DNA of 64,000 nucleotides from the human T2T-CHM13v2.0 reference genome, Homo sapiens: the NCBI RefSeq assembly GCF_009914755.1, contig NC_060937.1; one strand, given 5' to 3'. The stretch's first letter is position 1, and the number at the start of each line of letters is the position of its first letter. The notes beneath the pieces are model-generated. The model had not been told where the DNA came from. It searched no databases and worked only from the letters and a program-made list of their open reading frames with translations. Shown here in pieces: positions 59,477 to 64,000 of the stretch. The position numbers were made by a program, and so were the translations under genes.

Positions 59477-59490
59477 GATAGATAGATAGA
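59385..59490. repeat. GATA tetranucleotide STR, core (GATA)11 GAT (GATA)3
   Basis: Read directly; perfect run starts at 59430. Confidence 0.95.
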
Positions 59491-60014
59491 ACAGATAGAG
59501 AAAAGGAAGATTGGCCAAGGATGACTACTATTTACTAGATTTAGAAGATGAAACTTGGTAAAGAAGGTACAAAAGTAATTAGATAATTGATTTTGAAGCA
59601 ATAAAGAAGAAAAAGGTATGTTTTCCTTAATTATAGTTTCAAAATATGGTTCTTTTCCTCTTGCTCCTCCTTCTCCAATTCTTCTTATTCTTACTCCTAT
59701 CCTAATACAGAAAAGGAGTGGTATAAAAGAGACTAAGAACTGAGTAAATTGGAATGAAGTGTTGGTATTGAGTTAGCGCAGTGAGTGTAACTATTTTTCT
59801 CATAAAAGGAGATCATTTTTCTATAGGAGAGACTGGCATATTTAAAGACGAAAACTACTTAATGATATTAAACTGGAACATTTATAGCATTGAATCTCAG
59901 AGAAATACTTTTTATAAGTTTGGGCTGCAATCATGAAACTAGTATTTAGTTTTAAGTGTGTAACTGTGTATATGATTTCCATTATTAGAGCTTGCATATT
60001 TTAAGTTATCCTAG

Positions 60015-60211
60015 AACAATTTCTCAACCTCAGTACCATTGGCAATTTAGTCGAGATAATTCTTTGTTGTTGTGGGAGGGGGGATGTCTTGTGCACTGTA
60101 GTGTGGTTAGTAATATTAGCACCTTCTTCTCAGTTGTAACAACCCAAAATATCTCCAGACATTGCCAAATGTATCCTAGGTAGCAAAAATTACCTGTGGT
60201 TCTAAACTACT
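60015..60211 (+). mobile_element. MER20 (hAT-Charlie)
   Basis: ttctcaacctcagtaccattg...acaacccaaaatatctccagacattgccaaatgt. Confidence 0.85.
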
Positions 60212-60218
60212 CTCATGA

Positions 60219-60732
60219 AGCAATGATTTGAAAGTATCGCCCAGGAATTACTGAAGGTCTCCAAGTCCTTCCTAGGAGGCCCAAGGGATCTATACTGCTT
60301 TCAGAATAACACTGAAATGTTATTTGCCTTTCAACTCTGATTCTTTCATGTATGTGCAGTGCATTTTCCAGAAGCTACATGAGCTTTGATATCAGAGCAG
60401 ATTAAATGATGGAGCAGATATGAAAATCCAGTTGCCTTCTATTAAACCAGATTAAGGACATTTTCAAATATGCAAAGCAATGCTGATCTTCTCACCAATT
60501 TGAGGGGATTTAAAAAATATTTAGTTTTCAAAAATGTTATTTATGTTAGCATAAATATCATAAATTTATTGTTGTTACTTAAATTGACTTAAAGACATAT
60601 TTAATAATTATTTCAGTGTTAATTTTAATACAACAAATGTTAGTTAATATAACTCTCATAAACAAGTTTTTTAAAGGACTCATTTTTTTAACATGTAAAG
60701 GGTCTCTGATATCAAACCATTTGAATACTGCT
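60219..60732. mobile_element. Charlie4a/MER119-like hAT element
   Basis: ttttccagaagctacatga...gcagatatgaaaatccagttgccttctattaa; ends tgtaaagggtctctga...tttgaatactgctg. Confidence 0.65.
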
Positions 60733-61359
60733 GTTCTAAATATACAAGCTCAGAATATATACCACACCAATTTTTAAAATAGCTAAGAAAAATACAGTTG
60801 GAAAATTAACTGGGAAAACAGGTTTCTATTTTCCAATAGAATAGAATAACTCATATAAATCAATGAACTATTCAGTATGTAAAGTAAAACTTAAAGATTT
60901 CAATGCTTAAATATTTCTGAAGATAACGTATGAAAACCCCAAGAACAAGTAGATCAACTTAAAATAAAGATTATGAAATATTTAGGTCTACGAAAGCCCA
61001 ATGAAAAGAAGAATAGAAACACCGATTGCCTAGATTATTACTCTAGTCACCTTGGCTAAAGAAACACATTGATTATTTTGGGAGAAGGATATATAATTTT
61101 GAATGTCAGAGTCCCCAGTTGATGATAATTTGAATTCCCTGGTATAAACATATACATCACTTAAATAATAGAGTTACAAATCCATATGGTAGATTGTAAT
61201 ATTTTGCTATATTTTTATGATCTCCATATATTCACTGTCAATATAAGCCAAACATGTAGTTACTAATATAGAGTAGGTACCTGGATTGAAAGTTTTTATT
61301 TACTGAAGGTGCATACATAGTAACCAAGAGCCTTCTCATCAAGAGAAATTCCAATTCAG

Positions 61360-61590
61360 CACAGATGCTTCCAGCCCAAATGGGTTTAAATTCTTACTTC
61401 AATTTTAGCCAGTTCTGATAGCTTAATTAGTGATTTACATTTACTGTGCCTAGTTTCCTCATCTGTATAGTATGCAGGAATAATAACTGTTTGTATCTCA
61501 AAAGATTATTGTGACATTTAAATGAATTAATATCTAAAGCTCTCAAAAAGGGATCGCATGTAAATTCTATGTGTGTTAATATTGACATTT
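61360..61590 (+). mobile_element. MIR
   Basis: ctgtgcctagtttcctcatctgta...attattgtgacatttaaatga core. Confidence 0.75.
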
Positions 61591-62266
61591 TCCATCTTTT
61601 TCTATCCACAAGCTTCCAACCCTGTTTCCACACAAGTAGTTCCTCCATAATTTTGTCTTTTTTTCTACCTAGAATTTGAAATGAGTCAAATAGGTCAGTT
61701 CTTCAATATAAGAAATGACCATAGAAATTCATTTGTTTCTTTAATTGCTTGAGAGGGATTAAAAAATTCTTTTACTGGTTAATTATATAAACTTTACCTT
61801 TTCTCCAGGTCTAATGCATTCAGACCAAACAAGCTAAAAATATTCTAGCATCCAGAGCAATTTGTAGATAAACTTTTTGAGAAAAAGAAGACCAATTAAG
61901 TATGGATATGAATACATTATATTTCCCAAGAACCTATAATAAAGGTTAATTTTTAGAGATGGTTTAATTTAGTAGTCATAGATTTCTAATAAGCACACTA
62001 AAATTTAAGAATTATATTATTCTGACATGATTTTAAACTTTACAATTTTTTAGTCTAATAAGAGTAAAATTTGAATTGCTTATCACGTGTATGATGCTCT
62101 TCCTTAGCAATTAAAAAAGAAGATTTAACTTTTCTTGTTACTCATCTGACCAAATAAATATCTTTATATGATCACTGTGTAGCATTAGTTGATTATGCAG
62201 TTTTTATACAGTAACAATATACTTGGACTCACTGACACTATGACATAACTCTAATTCATGGCATGT

Positions 62267-63815
62267 CTTTTTAAAAATTGATACATAATAATTTTACATA
62301 TTTATGGGGCATATGTGATATTTTGTTACAGGTACAGAATATGTAATAATCAAGTCAGAGTATCTGAGGGGGTCCATCGTCTCTAGTGTTTATCATTTCT
62401 ATGTGTTGGGAACATTTCAAGTCTCTTCTAGCTATTTTGAAATATAAGATACATTGTACTTAACTATAGTCACCCTCCTCGGGTATTGAACATTAGAACA
62501 TATTTCTTCTATCGAACTGCATGTTCATACCCATTAACCAACTTCTCTTAATCCTTCCAGTCTTCCCCACACTCCACATCCTTTTCAGTCTCTGGCATTC
62601 ATCATTCTACTGCGTGAATTCATCATTCATCTGAGTGAGATCAACTTTTTTAGCTCCTGCACACCAGAGAGACCATATGTTTGTCTTTCTGGGCCTGACT
62701 TATTTCACTTAAGACTTCACTAGACACACTTTCACTTCTAGTTCCATTAATGTTGATGCAAATGACACAATTTCATTATTTTTTGTGGCCAAATAGTATT
62801 CTACCATGTATATGTATTATATTTTCTTTATCTATTATCCCTTTATGGACACAGTTTGATTTCATATATGTGCTATTGTGAATAGTGCTGCAATAAATGT
62901 GAGATATTGCTTTCATATACTGATTTCTTTTCCTTTGTATTAATACCAAATCTCAAATACTAAATACTGGATCAATACCCAGTAGTAGGATTGCGGATTG
63001 AATGGTAGCTCTATTTTTAGTATTTTGGGAAATCTCTGTACCATTTTCCATAGTAGCTGTAGTAATTTACATTTGTAACAACAACATATAAGAGTTCTTT
63101 TTTCTTCACATCCTTGCCAACACCTTTTATTTTTTGTCTTCTTTTTAATAATAGCCATTCTGACTGAGATAAATGATATCTTACTGTGGTTTTTATTTGC
63201 ATTTTCCTGATGATTAATAATGTTGAGCATCTTTACTTATAACTGTTTACCATTTGTAAGTCTTCTTTTAAAAAGTGTCTATTCATGTCTTTGCCCACTT
63301 TTTAATGGGATTATGTGGTTTGTTTTACTGTTGTTTGAGTTTCTTACATATTGTGGATATTAGTCCCTTTTCAGATAAATACTTTGCAAATATTTTCTTC
63401 TATTCAGTAGGTTCTCTCTTCACCCTTTGATTGTTTCCTTGGCTGTGCAGAAGGTTTTTAGTTTAATATAGCTCCATTTGTCTACCTTTGTTTTTGTTAC
63501 CGGTGCTTTTGAGGTGATAATCATAAAATCTTTGCCTGGACCACTGTCCTAAAGCATTCCCTCTATGTTACCTACTAGCAGTTTAATGGTTTTGGATCTC
63601 AGATTTAAGTTTTTAATCAAGTTTGAGTTGATTTTTGCATATGGTGAAAGATAGGGGTCCAGTTTCAATCTTATGAAAATTCCATTTTCCCAGCATTATT
63701 TACTGAATAGACCATTTTTCCCCCCATGTGTGTTCTGGGCACCTTTGTTGAAAATCAGTTGGCTGTAAATATGTGGATTTATTTCTTGTTTCTGCTCAAC
63801 TGGCTTATGTGTCAG
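62267..63815 (-). mobile_element. L1MA (L1MA3/4-like) 3' portion
   Basis: Antisense 3'UTR; ORF 63017-63202 MQIKTTVRYHL matches L1 ORF2p C-terminus [11 protein letters not shown]. Confidence 0.9.
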
Positions 63816-64000
63816 GTTTTTTTAAGCCTGGAACCTTACATAAATTTATCCAGAAACATTAAAAAGTTCATTAAAACAAAATTTAAATGACAAATCAAGT
63901 TTTCTTCAGTTATAATTGGTTATTCTTTTCATAAGCTATATAGTATACATAATATATCTAAAAGAAATTAGCAAAAATAAATTTAATTTTTAAATACATT

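Overview
Primate, most likely human/hominoid, AT-rich gene-poor DNA (intergenic or deep intron). No host protein-coding exon, RNA gene or CRISPR is recognisable; the ORF track is explained by repeats, microsatellites and chance. Repeats dominate: about 18 Alus, L1 fragments (almost all on the minus strand, including a young 5'-truncated L1PA2-like insert with a perfect TSD and a twin-primed inverted L1PA), L2/MIR, hAT/Tigger fossils and many LTR elements. The centrepiece is an ERV cluster at 14.5-32.8 kb: an internally deleted two-LTR HERV-L (MLT2A1) nested in an older MLT2 LTR, an oppositely oriented HERV-L remnant cut off by a full THE1C MaLR, and a full-length solo HERV-W LTR17 with a 4-bp TSD. 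Apart from repeats there are several old non-TE rearrangement scars (a ~460-bp inverted duplication with templated junctions, a duplicated block splitting an L1, several snap-back hairpins) and one strong candidate non-coding exon. Family and subfamily names come from recalled consensus sequences, not a database search. Nothing here can be confirmed as a new biological system from sequence alone.
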